Made by a program: the position numbers and the translations under genes
Part shown: one piece after another, positions 9,489 to 18,005 of the stretch
Numbering within the stretch: the first letter of the stretch is position 1
Layout: each line of letters starts with the position of its first letter
The notes under the pieces: generated by a model
Told to the model about the DNA's origin: nothing
The model's input: only the letters and a program-made list of their open reading frames with translations
Databases searched by the model: none
IMG/VR virus record: IMGVR_UViG_3300022697_000105
Location: 1-29,990 of that record
Direction: 5' to 3' (one strand)
Length of the DNA: 29,990 nucleotides
DNA from: a virus
Lineage: Duplodnaviria > Caudoviricetes

Positions 9489-10099
9489 GACACAACCCCC
9501 GCACCGACACCAGCACCCGGCAATGGACCCGGTGGTGATGACCCACCAAAAGACCCGCTTATTACAACGTTACCTGTTCCCGCCGCAAGGACGTGGTTTG
9601 CTTGACCCATCCCCATTGCGTTTGCAAAGTTTGACCATTGACTTCCAATGAATGATGGTGCGGCGGCATCAATGTCACTTCCCCACCCGGCTGGAATCAC
9701 GCCGATTGAACCAACGTCCACAACACCTGAACCGCTGAAAACTGGTGCATGTGTTGAATTCAAGTCAGCAAGTGCAAGTTCAGCAACACAGGCATCACCA
9801 ATCGCGTCTGTTGTGTCCATCAATTTTGAACCTGATTGTCCAAAGAATCCTGTTGCAAGTGCGAAGATAAGTGTTGAAATCGCTGGACCTGAAATACCTG
9901 TGACGCCCACACCAACGCCCGGACTTGGACCCGCACCGGGAACCAGCCCGGCGTCTGTGGTTGTGAACGCCTTTCCCACCACATGCGTTTGCCCACCATT
10001 GCCGACAGCATCCGTGAAATCACTTAAGCGTGTTCCCACAAATCCCTTTCCGGCAAGTAAGCCTTGCAATGTCGCTGACCAGTTTGGACCACTTATCAT
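9485..10099 (-). CDS. Gly/Ala-rich hypothetical virion protein with three internal repeats (about 204 aa)
   Basis: Track ORF is 9485..10171. The start was moved to the ATG at 10099 (MISGPNW), which forms an ATGA overlap with the stop of the upstream gene. Confidence 0.7.
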   Translation of the reverse strand: MISGPNWSATLQGLLAGKGFVGTRLSDFTDAVGNGGQTHVVGKAFTTTDAGLVPGAGPSPGVGVGVTGISGPAISTLIFALATGFFGQSGSKLMDTTDAIGDACVAELALADLNSTHAPVFSGSGVVDVGSIGVIPAGWGSDIDAAAPSFIGSQWSNFANAMGMGQANHVLAAGTGNVVISGSFGGSSPPGPLPGAGVGAGVVS

Positions 10100-10530
10100 T
10101 GATTCATCCCCAACATCATTTCCTTTGCTGGTTTCAACAAAGGAATCAATTTCTTCAAACAACAACCACACAAATACCGTGTGATGATTTCTTCACCGAC
10201 ACGAAGTTGTGTCAAATAAATCCTATCGCACAAGTCTTTCATTTCTGGAACTTCGATTTCATGCATCACACCAGTGACGGGTTCTTGTCGAAGCATCTTT
10301 CTTTTCTTGTGAACCATTCTTGGCTGTTTTTTTGTTTTTATTTTTTGGATTTTGATGGGTTTTCCAGCATCATCCTTTCCATCAATCATTTCAAAAACAG
10401 GACTTCCGTCCTTCCCAACTTCGGGAACTTCAATTTCACCGTCTTGAACCAATATTGGTTCCTGTGGTGGTGCAAGCAATCCGCTGTCATCACAGCCTTC
10501 ACAATTCCATTGCACTGGTGGTTTCTTCAT
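10096..10530 (-). CDS. Hypothetical protein with Cys pairs at both ends (CEGC, CGCC)
   Basis: 144 aa ORF with TAAGGGG RBS, tightly packed after the spike gene. Confidence 0.7.
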   Translation of the reverse strand: MKKPPVQWNCEGCDDSGLLAPPQEPILVQDGEIEVPEVGKDGSPVFEMIDGKDDAGKPIKIQKIKTKKQPRMVHKKRKMLRQEPVTGVMHEIEVPEMKDLCDRIYLTQLRVGEEIITRYLCGCCLKKLIPLLKPAKEMMLGMNQ

Positions 10531-10539
10531 TTCATCCCC

Positions 10540-11463
10540 TTACACATCTAAGAACACCGTTGTCGTTGGGACAATCGGTGCGCCTGTAATTAAATCAATC
10601 ACACCAAGATGTGATGCTTTGCTTGTTGCTTCACTTGCGGACCCATTCAATTGAATCTGTGACGCCATGATGATTGCATTCCCACCAGCCGTCGCTTCAA
10701 TATTTCCGCTTGCCATTATTTTTGCGTTTGCACAGTTGATTTCACAATCACCAGTAATGTTGAAAGTTTTCTTTCCACCAACTGTTTCTGTTCCATCCCC
10801 TGTTATACTTATGATTTGGTCCTTGACGATTGTTTCAAACCAATTTCCGTCTTTGTCCCAATGAAGTAAGTTTCCAATTGCATGGAATAACTTCATGAAG
10901 ACTTCCCCGCCTTTGTCCTTATTCATGAACTGAAGGAAGTGTCCGTCTGAATGTCCCAACTTGACAGCGACTTCATTCAATGTTTGGTCACCACCCTTGA
11001 TGAAATTTGTCATTTGAAGGATGTGACCAAGTGTGTGTTTCAATGCGACTTCATGAAAATTTTCAAGGTCATCAAACATAAGTATGTGACCGCTGTTTGT
11101 TTTCCACCCCATTCGGAACGGATAGTTTTTCCTGAATTCATCCGCGATGTCAGCGGCTTTGGAATATATCATGCAACGCCAACGCGGTTCAGGATTTTCA
11201 ATGTCGTCACAATCGAATGGTGTGTTCGGGTCATGCGCTTGAATCAACACTTCGATTTCGTCACCGACCTTTGGGACAAAAAAGAATCCCGCGCCATTGG
11301 GTGCTGAAGCAAACGGAAAACAAGGTTCCGCTGGAATGGGGAATTCACCATTGAATAATGTTGGTGCTTCAAAATAAACAGACCCACGCAATAACAAAGT
11401 TTGTTGGTCGTCTGACTCAACATTCCTTGTGACAATTGCATTGTGGACTTGTATTTTTCCCAC
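10540..11463 (-). CDS. Baseplate central spike (gpV/gp5/VgrG C-terminal-like)
   Basis: OB-fold motif GAGFFFVPKVGDEIEV, then KTNSGHILMFDD, repeated H-x-x-G-H beta-helix units and an ITGD/ASGN-rich C-terminus. GTG start overlaps the upstream TAG. Confidence 0.88.
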   Translation of the reverse strand: MGKIQVHNAIVTRNVESDDQQTLLLRGSVYFEAPTLFNGEFPIPAEPCFPFASAPNGAGFFFVPKVGDEIEVLIQAHDPNTPFDCDDIENPEPRWRCMIYSKAADIADEFRKNYPFRMGWKTNSGHILMFDDLENFHEVALKHTLGHILQMTNFIKGGDQTLNEVAVKLGHSDGHFLQFMNKDKGGEVFMKLFHAIGNLLHWDKDGNWFETIVKDQIISITGDGTETVGGKKTFNITGDCEINCANAKIMASGNIEATAGGNAIIMASQIQLNGSASEATSKASHLGVIDLITGAPIVPTTTVFLDV

Positions 11464-12851
11464 TATATATTCCCCTTAAATTTTTCAACCAATATGTCAT
11501 TCGCTGTCAAGTTCAGTGTTGGTGGCGATTGAACAATTGTGTCATCAATCAACTTGCGGCAAGTGAATTCACCCTTGTAACCTTCGGACTTTGAAACCCT
11601 ATGAATTACTTGTGTGAAGAAATACTTCCCTGTGAACTGTTCAGTGATTCCATTCAATATGTGTGTTTGTCTTGATTGAATTGCTTCATTTCCTTTAAGT
11701 GTTCCCTTTCCTGTTATGAAATTTTCTTTCTGTCTTTTGATGAATTCTTCAATTGCTTTTCTTGCGGCGAATTCATTCTTGAATCTTTTGTGTGATGGAA
11801 ACTTGAATGACCTTCCGAATGCTTTGAAGCCAACTTGCACACCATCGTCTGAAGGTGTTTGCTTGCCGCCTTGTGGTCCCGGATTCCCACCTGTGAATCG
11901 TCTGTCCCTTTCCGCTGCAATCTTCTTGTTTTCTTCAAGTGTCAACTTGTTGATGAAGTTCACTTTCGTTCCACGGGTTGTTTTGTCTTTGATGATGAAT
12001 ACTTCAAAATCTGTTGCTTGGTCAAATGCATCCAATGTTGGTTCAAACGACAACAACTTGTTTTGAAAATCGACCAAGTCCCCTTCACCATAAGAAAATG
12101 AAAACACTTCTTTTCGTGCTTTGCTGTTTGGTGGCTGGAAGAATAACGCGAATTTCTTTCTGTCTGTGTCGAACCGACTGAACACTTCAAACCCATTTAT
12201 TTCAGCGACTTTCTTCAAGAACTGATAGTCACTTGTTCCTTTCTTTTGGACACGGTCATGAACACCAGCCGTTCGTTTGATTCCCGCAAAACTTCTTGGG
12301 TCCGCTGTTCTTATGTCAAAGCCGTTTCTTTCACCAATTATTGAAGCAATCTGTGAATCACGGAATGACTTGTAAGAAACCCCACCTTTTGGAATCCGTC
12401 TTGCGGCTTTGAAAAGCAAGTCATGTCCTTCAATGCTGAAGGATGGGAAGTCTGTTTCTGGAAATGTTGGTGTCTTCTTGGTTATGATTCCGGCACCGAC
12501 AGTGCGAAGTGTTCCACCATAGCCGAATTGGAATTCAAGGATGCTTCCTTCAGAAAACAACTTTGAATCAAGTAATGACATGAATTGTCCACCACCAGCA
12601 TTGTCAGCCTGACCTTGGAAGGTGATGCTGAACCTTGACATTTGGTCGGAATTGTCTTCAAACATTATTTCATCAATATATTTTGTTATTTCATTTGTGA
12701 ATTCGACTGGCTGTGCGCCTTCGCCACCGCGATGAATAATCTTATAGGTTGGCGCAAACGGGTCACGGGTCAGCGGAACTGAACCAATCGCCCGTGGGGA
12801 AACGGCTTTCTTACTTAAACCCCCAAAATTGACCAACGATAACAAACCCAT
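11463..12851 (-). CDS. Baseplate hub, gpD/gp27-like (phage late control D)
   Basis: FGYGG...G.IT...PTFP...P...IEGHD, DSQIAS.I, Q...SDYQFLKKVAEING, and GKYFFTQVIH motifs. Confidence 0.88.
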   Translation of the reverse strand: MGLLSLVNFGGLSKKAVSPRAIGSVPLTRDPFAPTYKIIHRGGEGAQPVEFTNEITKYIDEIMFEDNSDQMSRFSITFQGQADNAGGGQFMSLLDSKLFSEGSILEFQFGYGGTLRTVGAGIITKKTPTFPETDFPSFSIEGHDLLFKAARRIPKGGVSYKSFRDSQIASIIGERNGFDIRTADPRSFAGIKRTAGVHDRVQKKGTSDYQFLKKVAEINGFEVFSRFDTDRKKFALFFQPPNSKARKEVFSFSYGEGDLVDFQNKLLSFEPTLDAFDQATDFEVFIIKDKTTRGTKVNFINKLTLEENKKIAAERDRRFTGGNPGPQGGKQTPSDDGVQVGFKAFGRSFKFPSHKRFKNEFAARKAIEEFIKRQKENFITGKGTLKGNEAIQSRQTHILNGITEQFTGKYFFTQVIHRVSKSEGYKGEFTCRKLIDDTIVQSPPTLNLTANDILVEKFKGNI

Positions 12852-12861
12852 TCAATTCCCT

Positions 12862-13731
12862 TTACACAAATATTGTTGTGCTTCGATTTCTTAGTTCAAA
12901 AAATTCTTCTTTCAATGCTGCATTTTCTGGTGTGTTCTTCAACGCCACACTTCCTTGTGTCACTGGAATTATTGCAATTTCTGTCGGTTCGATAAGCTGA
13001 ACCACAGCGCCCGGTTGCAATGGTGCAAGTTCGGGTTGTGTTCTTCTTACAATATCACCCAACAATGCATCACCATATTCGGCTTGCGCAATTGATTCAA
13101 AGGTGTCACCTTGTTTGGCAACCACTGTCCTGTCAATTGTGTGTGGTGAAAAGCCCGGAATGTTGATGACCCGCCCAAGCTGACTTGCGATTCCAGCGGC
13201 ACCCGCAACAATACCAGCGGCAAACTTGATTTGACTTGCAAGTGAAGTCGCTGCATTTTCTGTGACTGTCTCTTGTATTTTTTGAAGTGTGATTCTTACA
13301 TCAACACCACGAAGACTTCCGTCACTTCTTAGTTCGTCATAGTTTATTTGAATTCCGCGAACAAAACATGTGAATCCGATTTCTGTTCCGGCTGTGAACA
13401 AGAAGATTGGTGCCCTTTTCAACGAAGCATTTCTTCTTGCGAATGATTTCAATAATTCAGTTTGTTGCTTAATATTTTTGAACGAATTGTTTGCCCAAAT
13501 TCTTGCACCAAATGTGAATGGTTCCGCGTTTCCGTGAAGCCATGAAAAGTCCGGTGTCTGTGTATTGACCGCGTTTGTTTCATTTAAGTTTGAACCAACG
13601 CTTTCACCCATGTTTGTTGCAAGGAATTGTCCCTTGAATTCTTGGGTGAAGCCGGGGTCTTGTCCAACTAAGGACCAACCCTTGCGGTCTGAAAATCCAA
13701 ATAATTCGCCAACTACTTCAAGAAAAGCCAT
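12862..13731 (-). CDS. Tail tube initiator / CIS-tube protein with C-terminal LysM domain
   Basis: VAKQGDTFESIAQAEYGD...LQPGAVVQL is a LysM pattern. The N-terminus has an APIFLFTAG...CFV..I.INY tube-like motif. Lies between tape measure and hub. Confidence 0.82.
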   Translation of the reverse strand: MAFLEVVGELFGFSDRKGWSLVGQDPGFTQEFKGQFLATNMGESVGSNLNETNAVNTQTPDFSWLHGNAEPFTFGARIWANNSFKNIKQQTELLKSFARRNASLKRAPIFLFTAGTEIGFTCFVRGIQINYDELRSDGSLRGVDVRITLQKIQETVTENAATSLASQIKFAAGIVAGAAGIASQLGRVINIPGFSPHTIDRTVVAKQGDTFESIAQAEYGDALLGDIVRRTQPELAPLQPGAVVQLIEPTEIAIIPVTQGSVALKNTPENAALKEEFFELRNRSTTIFV

Positions 13732-16271
13732 TAATTAAATCCCCCCATTGGTGCGCCATTTCGCAACATCTTTTGCTTCGCGGCGGGGTCAATCTGTTGA
13801 CCATTCATTTCTGTTTGTGAAATTTGTTCCCGTGTTTGAACAAGAACCAAATCTTTCCCACGAATTCTTCCTTCAACAACAACCTTCATGGTCGAAGAAC
13901 CACCGGATGATTGACCACCACCCGATGCACCAGCCGTTGCACTTGCAATTGCTGAAGCGTTTTCGTCGGCTGTTGGTGCCTGTGCAAGAACCTTTCCTTC
14001 GGTTGAAGCAACACCCAATGCGCCCGCCGATGCTTTCACACCTGTTGCGGCGTCGATTGAATCAACACCCGGAAGACTTGCAAGTGAACTATTCAATGAA
14101 GCGGCGTCCACACCAGCAAGTGAAAGTGCTTTTCTTCCAATTGCGGAATCCGCAATCTTTGAAATCACACCCTTAATTAAGCTGAAGACAGCCCTGATTG
14201 GAAATGTAAGTGCATCAAATATGAACTTTCCGACACCAAGGAAAACGTTTCCAATGGCTGTTCCAATTGGAATCACAAAGTCCAGTATGCTTTGGAAGAT
14301 TGACTTCGCTGTTGAAGCAACCCCTTCCCACATTTCCCCAAAGAAATTTCCAATTGGTTGAATTACATTTGTGTCAATTGTTGTTGCCCACACACCAGCG
14401 ACTTCAGCGATTTCGTTGAAGATGACTGTTGCAAGTGCGCCAATGAATTTGAATATTGTTATTACTGGTTGAAATGCATCAAGTAAGAAGTTTCCGATTG
14501 CTTGGAATGCCGAAAATATTTCATCCCTGAAGATGAATATTACAGCACCCACCGCCACAATTGCAGCAATGACCGCCAACACTGGAAGTGAAATGGCACC
14601 AAGCACAGCACCGATAAGTCCGGCAATCACTTGGATTGCTCCAAACACGACGCCAATGACTGACCCAAGGAATCCGAAGAATCCTATGATTCCAGAAATG
14701 ATTGGTCCAAGTATGAATATTGCGGCACCTATTCCCAAAATTATTGGTGCCACAATTGCGCCAATGGTGATGACCTTTGCCGCAAGTTTTCCGAATTCTT
14801 TGATTGTCAAACCTGTGTCACCAAGTATTGGTTTCAAGAATTCGCTTATTGAATTGAATGTTTCAAATGCGGCTTGCTTTACTTCCTTGAATCCTTCGAC
14901 GAATCCCGCCGCGAATTCTTGGATGTCGTTGAATGTAAGTCCAAACTTTGCAAGTGCTTTGTCAGCCGCCGCAATCTTATCTTTTGAAATTTTTGTTCCT
15001 GAAATAATTGATTGAAATGCAAGTGCCGATGCCGACACAAAAATGGTCATTGTTTGAACACCACGTTTCAATGGTCCTGTGATAAGACTTCCGAGTTCAA
15101 TCGCAACACCTGAAGTCGCTGATTGAAGCAGCACGAATTGACCTTTCAAATTGTCCAGTCTAATTTTTGCCATTTCAGCGGCGGTTCCCGTTGCGCCCTG
15201 AACTTGCACCCTTAGTGCAACAAGTGACGGAAGTGAATCACCAATTGACACCCGTGTCTTTTCACCCAAGGATTCAAAACCCCTGTTCAACCTGTCAACA
15301 TTCTTCTTTGTGACTTCGGTTGTTTTTCCAATTGAAGCACTGAACGAACTGAATGATGTTGCGCCACGAAGACCCAAAATTTCAAATGCTTTTGCTGTTG
15401 CTTGTAGTGGGTCCGCTGATTTGGCGACAACCTTTTGAATGTTCGCCATGATAACTTCAAGTGGTTTCAATTTCTTTTGTCCATCGACGATTCGGAACAA
15501 TGCTTTGTCCATTCCCGCACGCCCACCGAATAAGTCAATTGCTTTCTTTGATGGTTTCGCAAGTTTGGCAAGTGAATTTTTCAATGCTGTTCCGGCAAGT
15601 GAACCTTTCACACCAGCGTTCGCCATTACACCAATTGCAACAGCGGTTTCTTGCATTGAAAGTCCCGCTTGTTTTGCGGCTGGTGATGCAAACTTCATTG
15701 CTTCACCAAGTTGTGTGAAGTTTGTGTTCGTCAATGCTGTTGTCAATGACATTGCATCCGCGACTTCACCCGCCTTTTCAGCTTCAAGTCCAAATGCACC
15801 CAAACTACTTACAACAATGTCTGTTGCTGTTGCCAAATCCACACCTGAAGCGGCGGCGGCATTCAAAACCCCCGGCAAAGCGGCAACGATTTGGTTGACC
15901 TTAAGACCAGCCCTTGCCAAGAATTCTTGACCTTCGGATGCTTGCTTTGCTGTGAAGACTGTTGTCGCGCCCATTTCTTTTGCGGCGGCTGACAGTGTTG
16001 ACATTTCTTCGGATGTCCCAAGAATGACTGATTGAACAACTGACATTTGTGCTTCAAAATCGGCGGCTGTCTTTGCAGCAAAACCGAATGCGGCTGTTGC
16101 TGGTGCCGCTGCAAGTCCGACTGATTTCAAACCTTGCCCGACTGAACGAAGTTGTGAACCCATCTTCTTAGATGACTTTCGCATTCGGTCGAAACCACGA
16201 CTTGCGCGTGACATCCCCGCAACCGCACGGTCACTGTTGAAATTTAAGATTGCATTAAATTTGAAAGCCAA
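13731..16271 (-). CDS. Tape measure protein (TP901-family core)
   Basis: AADFEAQMS..., AKEMGATTVFTAKQA, FLARAG, LPGVLNAAAA, TNFTQLGEAMKF and GVKGSLAGTALK motifs, plus a hydrophobic central stretch. TTG start with AGGGG RBS. Confidence 0.95.
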   Translation of the reverse strand: MAFKFNAILNFNSDRAVAGMSRASRGFDRMRKSSKKMGSQLRSVGQGLKSVGLAAAPATAAFGFAAKTAADFEAQMSVVQSVILGTSEEMSTLSAAAKEMGATTVFTAKQASEGQEFLARAGLKVNQIVAALPGVLNAAAASGVDLATATDIVVSSLGAFGLEAEKAGEVADAMSLTTALTNTNFTQLGEAMKFASPAAKQAGLSMQETAVAIGVMANAGVKGSLAGTALKNSLAKLAKPSKKAIDLFGGRAGMDKALFRIVDGQKKLKPLEVIMANIQKVVAKSADPLQATAKAFEILGLRGATSFSSFSASIGKTTEVTKKNVDRLNRGFESLGEKTRVSIGDSLPSLVALRVQVQGATGTAAEMAKIRLDNLKGQFVLLQSATSGVAIELGSLITGPLKRGVQTMTIFVSASALAFQSIISGTKISKDKIAAADKALAKFGLTFNDIQEFAAGFVEGFKEVKQAAFETFNSISEFLKPILGDTGLTIKEFGKLAAKVITIGAIVAPIILGIGAAIFILGPIISGIIGFFGFLGSVIGVVFGAIQVIAGLIGAVLGAISLPVLAVIAAIVAVGAVIFIFRDEIFSAFQAIGNFLLDAFQPVITIFKFIGALATVIFNEIAEVAGVWATTIDTNVIQPIGNFFGEMWEGVASTAKSIFQSILDFVIPIGTAIGNVFLGVGKFIFDALTFPIRAVFSLIKGVISKIADSAIGRKALSLAGVDAASLNSSLASLPGVDSIDAATGVKASAGALGVASTEGKVLAQAPTADENASAIASATAGASGGGQSSGGSSTMKVVVEGRIRGKDLVLVQTREQISQTEMNGQQIDPAAKQKMLRNGAPMGGFN

Positions 16272-16282
16272 ACTTCAACCCC

Positions 16283-16534
16283 TTATTTTCGTCGTCCCCC
16301 CAACATTTTCATCTTCTTGGACGACGGTTTTTTTGAACTTACCATGCGTTTCTTCATCGCATCGTTTTCATCTTTCTTTTGCTTTGCCAACCGCTTCAAC
16401 ATCCAAAGAAATTTCCGTTTTGGCATTTTGGAAATTTCACCAACTGTGACCCCGCCTTGAAAGTTATAAGCGAGTTGAAAACCCGCTTCCCAGATTTCAT
16501 CCCTTGGGGTTATAGGGATGAAGAATCGAAAAAA
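16283..16534 (-). CDS. -1 frame extension of the tail assembly chaperone (gpGT/gpE'-like)
   Basis: The frame opens right after a TGA and reads FFRFFIPITPRDEIWEAGFQLAYNFQGGVTVGEISKMPKRKFLWMLKRLAKQKKDEND...RRK*. It has no start codon near its 5' end and begins at the slippery T TTT TTC. Confidence 0.75.
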   Translation of the reverse strand, partial: FFRFFIPITPRDEIWEAGFQLAYNFQGGVTVGEISKMPKRKFLWMLKRLAKQKKDENDAMKKRMVSSKKPSSKKMKMLGGRRK

Positions 16535-17403
16535 TGGTCATATCTCCAATCAAGTGTTTGAATGAATTCCGCATTGCAATGAATACAATTTCCACCAACA
16601 CCCATCACAGGTCCGGCGTTGTTATCCGTCACGGCTTTCATAGTCTTTTCAATATCAATTTTTTTAAGTTTCTTAATTAAAGTGTCGGTGTCCACATAAC
16701 TTTTGATTGGTCCGTCCGCGTTTGAAGCACCCGCAATGGCTGACTTCAACATCAAGAATTTCATCCGACCATCGTTTTCCGCATCTTTGATTCCGGCTTG
16801 TTCAAGAACAGTCCACTTTGAAACATCCAAGACGATTCCTGTGATTGTTTCTTCACCGATTAGAATTGGTTTTCTTAGTTCATAGTCAACTTCACGTTCA
16901 TTTTCTTCGGGATTTTTTGTGCGAATTTCAAGTGTGTTCAAATCCCCCATGAAATCCTTGTTCACCTTTCGGCAAACTGGACAAGTGATGTCACCAACAT
17001 TGTAGTCTTCACCAAGTTCTTCCACCCGCAACCAAATATACATATACATAAGGTTTGGAAATTCAAGCTGTGACATCAAAACAGTCTTTGCGTCTTTGTC
17101 CATGTCTTGCATAGACTGACCACAAAAATCATCAAGCAAAAGACACATCATTTTGTTGACGAATTCGCCAACATTGTTTGCGTTCTTCTTAAGTCCCGCA
17201 ATCTTTTCTTCAGTTTCCATGTCCCAATCGACAAAACTGAAACCGCGTTCCTTGATGTAAGATTGTTTGTCTGGTGTCCGTCTTTGAATCGGAAGTATTG
17301 CACCAAGTTCCTGTAAGGTTGTGGTGCTGTAAGGTGTAAGTTCTTTCTTTGGTTCCGCACTTGCTGTTGTCGGTTCCGTGTTTGTTTCTGTTTGCATTTC
17401 CAT
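16510..17403 (-). CDS. Tail assembly chaperone with two CxxC-ended domains (T4 gp26/gp51-like architecture)
   Basis: Lies between tube and tape measure. Contains CPVC and CIHC motifs and a terminal FF. The ATG at 17403 follows a GGGGG RBS (the track start 17415 is TTG). Confidence 0.75.
   Translation of the reverse strand: MEMQTETNTEPTTASAEPKKELTPYSTTTLQELGAILPIQRRTPDKQSYIKERGFSFVDWDMETEEKIAGLKKNANNVGEFVNKMMCLLLDDFCGQSMQDMDKDAKTVLMSQLEFPNLMYMYIWLRVEELGEDYNVGDITCPVCRKVNKDFMGDLNTLEIRTKNPEENEREVDYELRKPILIGEETITGIVLDVSKWTVLEQAGIKDAENDGRMKFLMLKSAIAGASNADGPIKSYVDTDTLIKKLKKIDIEKTMKAVTDNNAGPVMGVGGNCIHCNAEFIQTLDWRYDHFFDSSSL
16528..16534 (-). other. Programmed -1 ribosomal frameshift heptamer T-TTT-TTC
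   Basis: X XXY YYZ phasing in the chaperone frame (CAT TTT TTC, His-Phe-Phe), five sense codons before the TAA. This is the canonical location between tube and tape measure genes. Confidence 0.75.
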
Positions 17404-17457
17404 GATTTCCCCCAATTACGCTTTTCGCGTTTGTTTGGAAATTAAAGTTCATATTCA

Positions 17458-17486
17458 AAGCCCACAGACTATGAATCTGTGGACTT
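17458..17486 (-). terminator. Stem-loop downstream of the tail tube gene (weak terminator or mRNA-stabilising hairpin)
   Basis: Minus strand AAGTCCACAGA-ttcatag-TCTGTGGGCTT forms an 11-bp stem with one G-U pair. The U-tract is poor. Confidence 0.55.
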
Positions 17487-17508
17487 CCCCTGTTTTATTT
17501 CACCCCGC

Positions 17509-17955
17509 TTAAACTGGAAGTGCGCTGTCGGCGCTGAACGTCCATTCAATCATTGCTGGTTCACCTTCATTCGCCATGTCCAAGTCAGGATTTTTCTTCT
17601 TAGTTATCCAAAGACCAGTCATGGTTTGTGTTGATGCGACTTCACCCGCAATGTTTCGCTTAATTAGTGTCCCAATTTTCTTATAAAGTGGGTCCACCGG
17701 GTCACGACCTTGTTTGAACCAAAGTTCAAGTGCGGCACGTTCAACAGTGTGATGTTCAAACATCATCCCGGTGAATTCTTTCGCGCCTGTGTCGTTACCA
17801 CCGGAAGCCTTGGTTCGGTCTGGAAGGTCAACGGCTTGCGTTTCATCTTCAAGTCCCGAAATTTCGGTGAACAAAATTGGTGGAAGTCCCACGACAATCA
17901 GTTCAAAATTGTTTACTGGAATGTGGTTCGTTTGAACGCTTCCCTTCATAGTCAT
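17509..17955 (-). CDS. Tail tube protein, T4 gp19-like
   Basis: 148 aa with NNFEL...FTEISGL, W....DP..KKIGTL and PDLDMANEG...IEWTF. Directly after the sheath gene. Confidence 0.9.
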   Translation of the reverse strand: MTMKGSVQTNHIPVNNFELIVVGLPPILFTEISGLEDETQAVDLPDRTKASGGNDTGAKEFTGMMFEHHTVERAALELWFKQGRDPVDPLYKKIGTLIKRNIAGEVASTQTMTGLWITKKKNPDLDMANEGEPAMIEWTFSADSALPV

Positions 17956-18005
17956 AGTGATTTCCCCTTTGTCATATAAGTGTTATTTTTCGCCATTGTT
18001 TTGCC

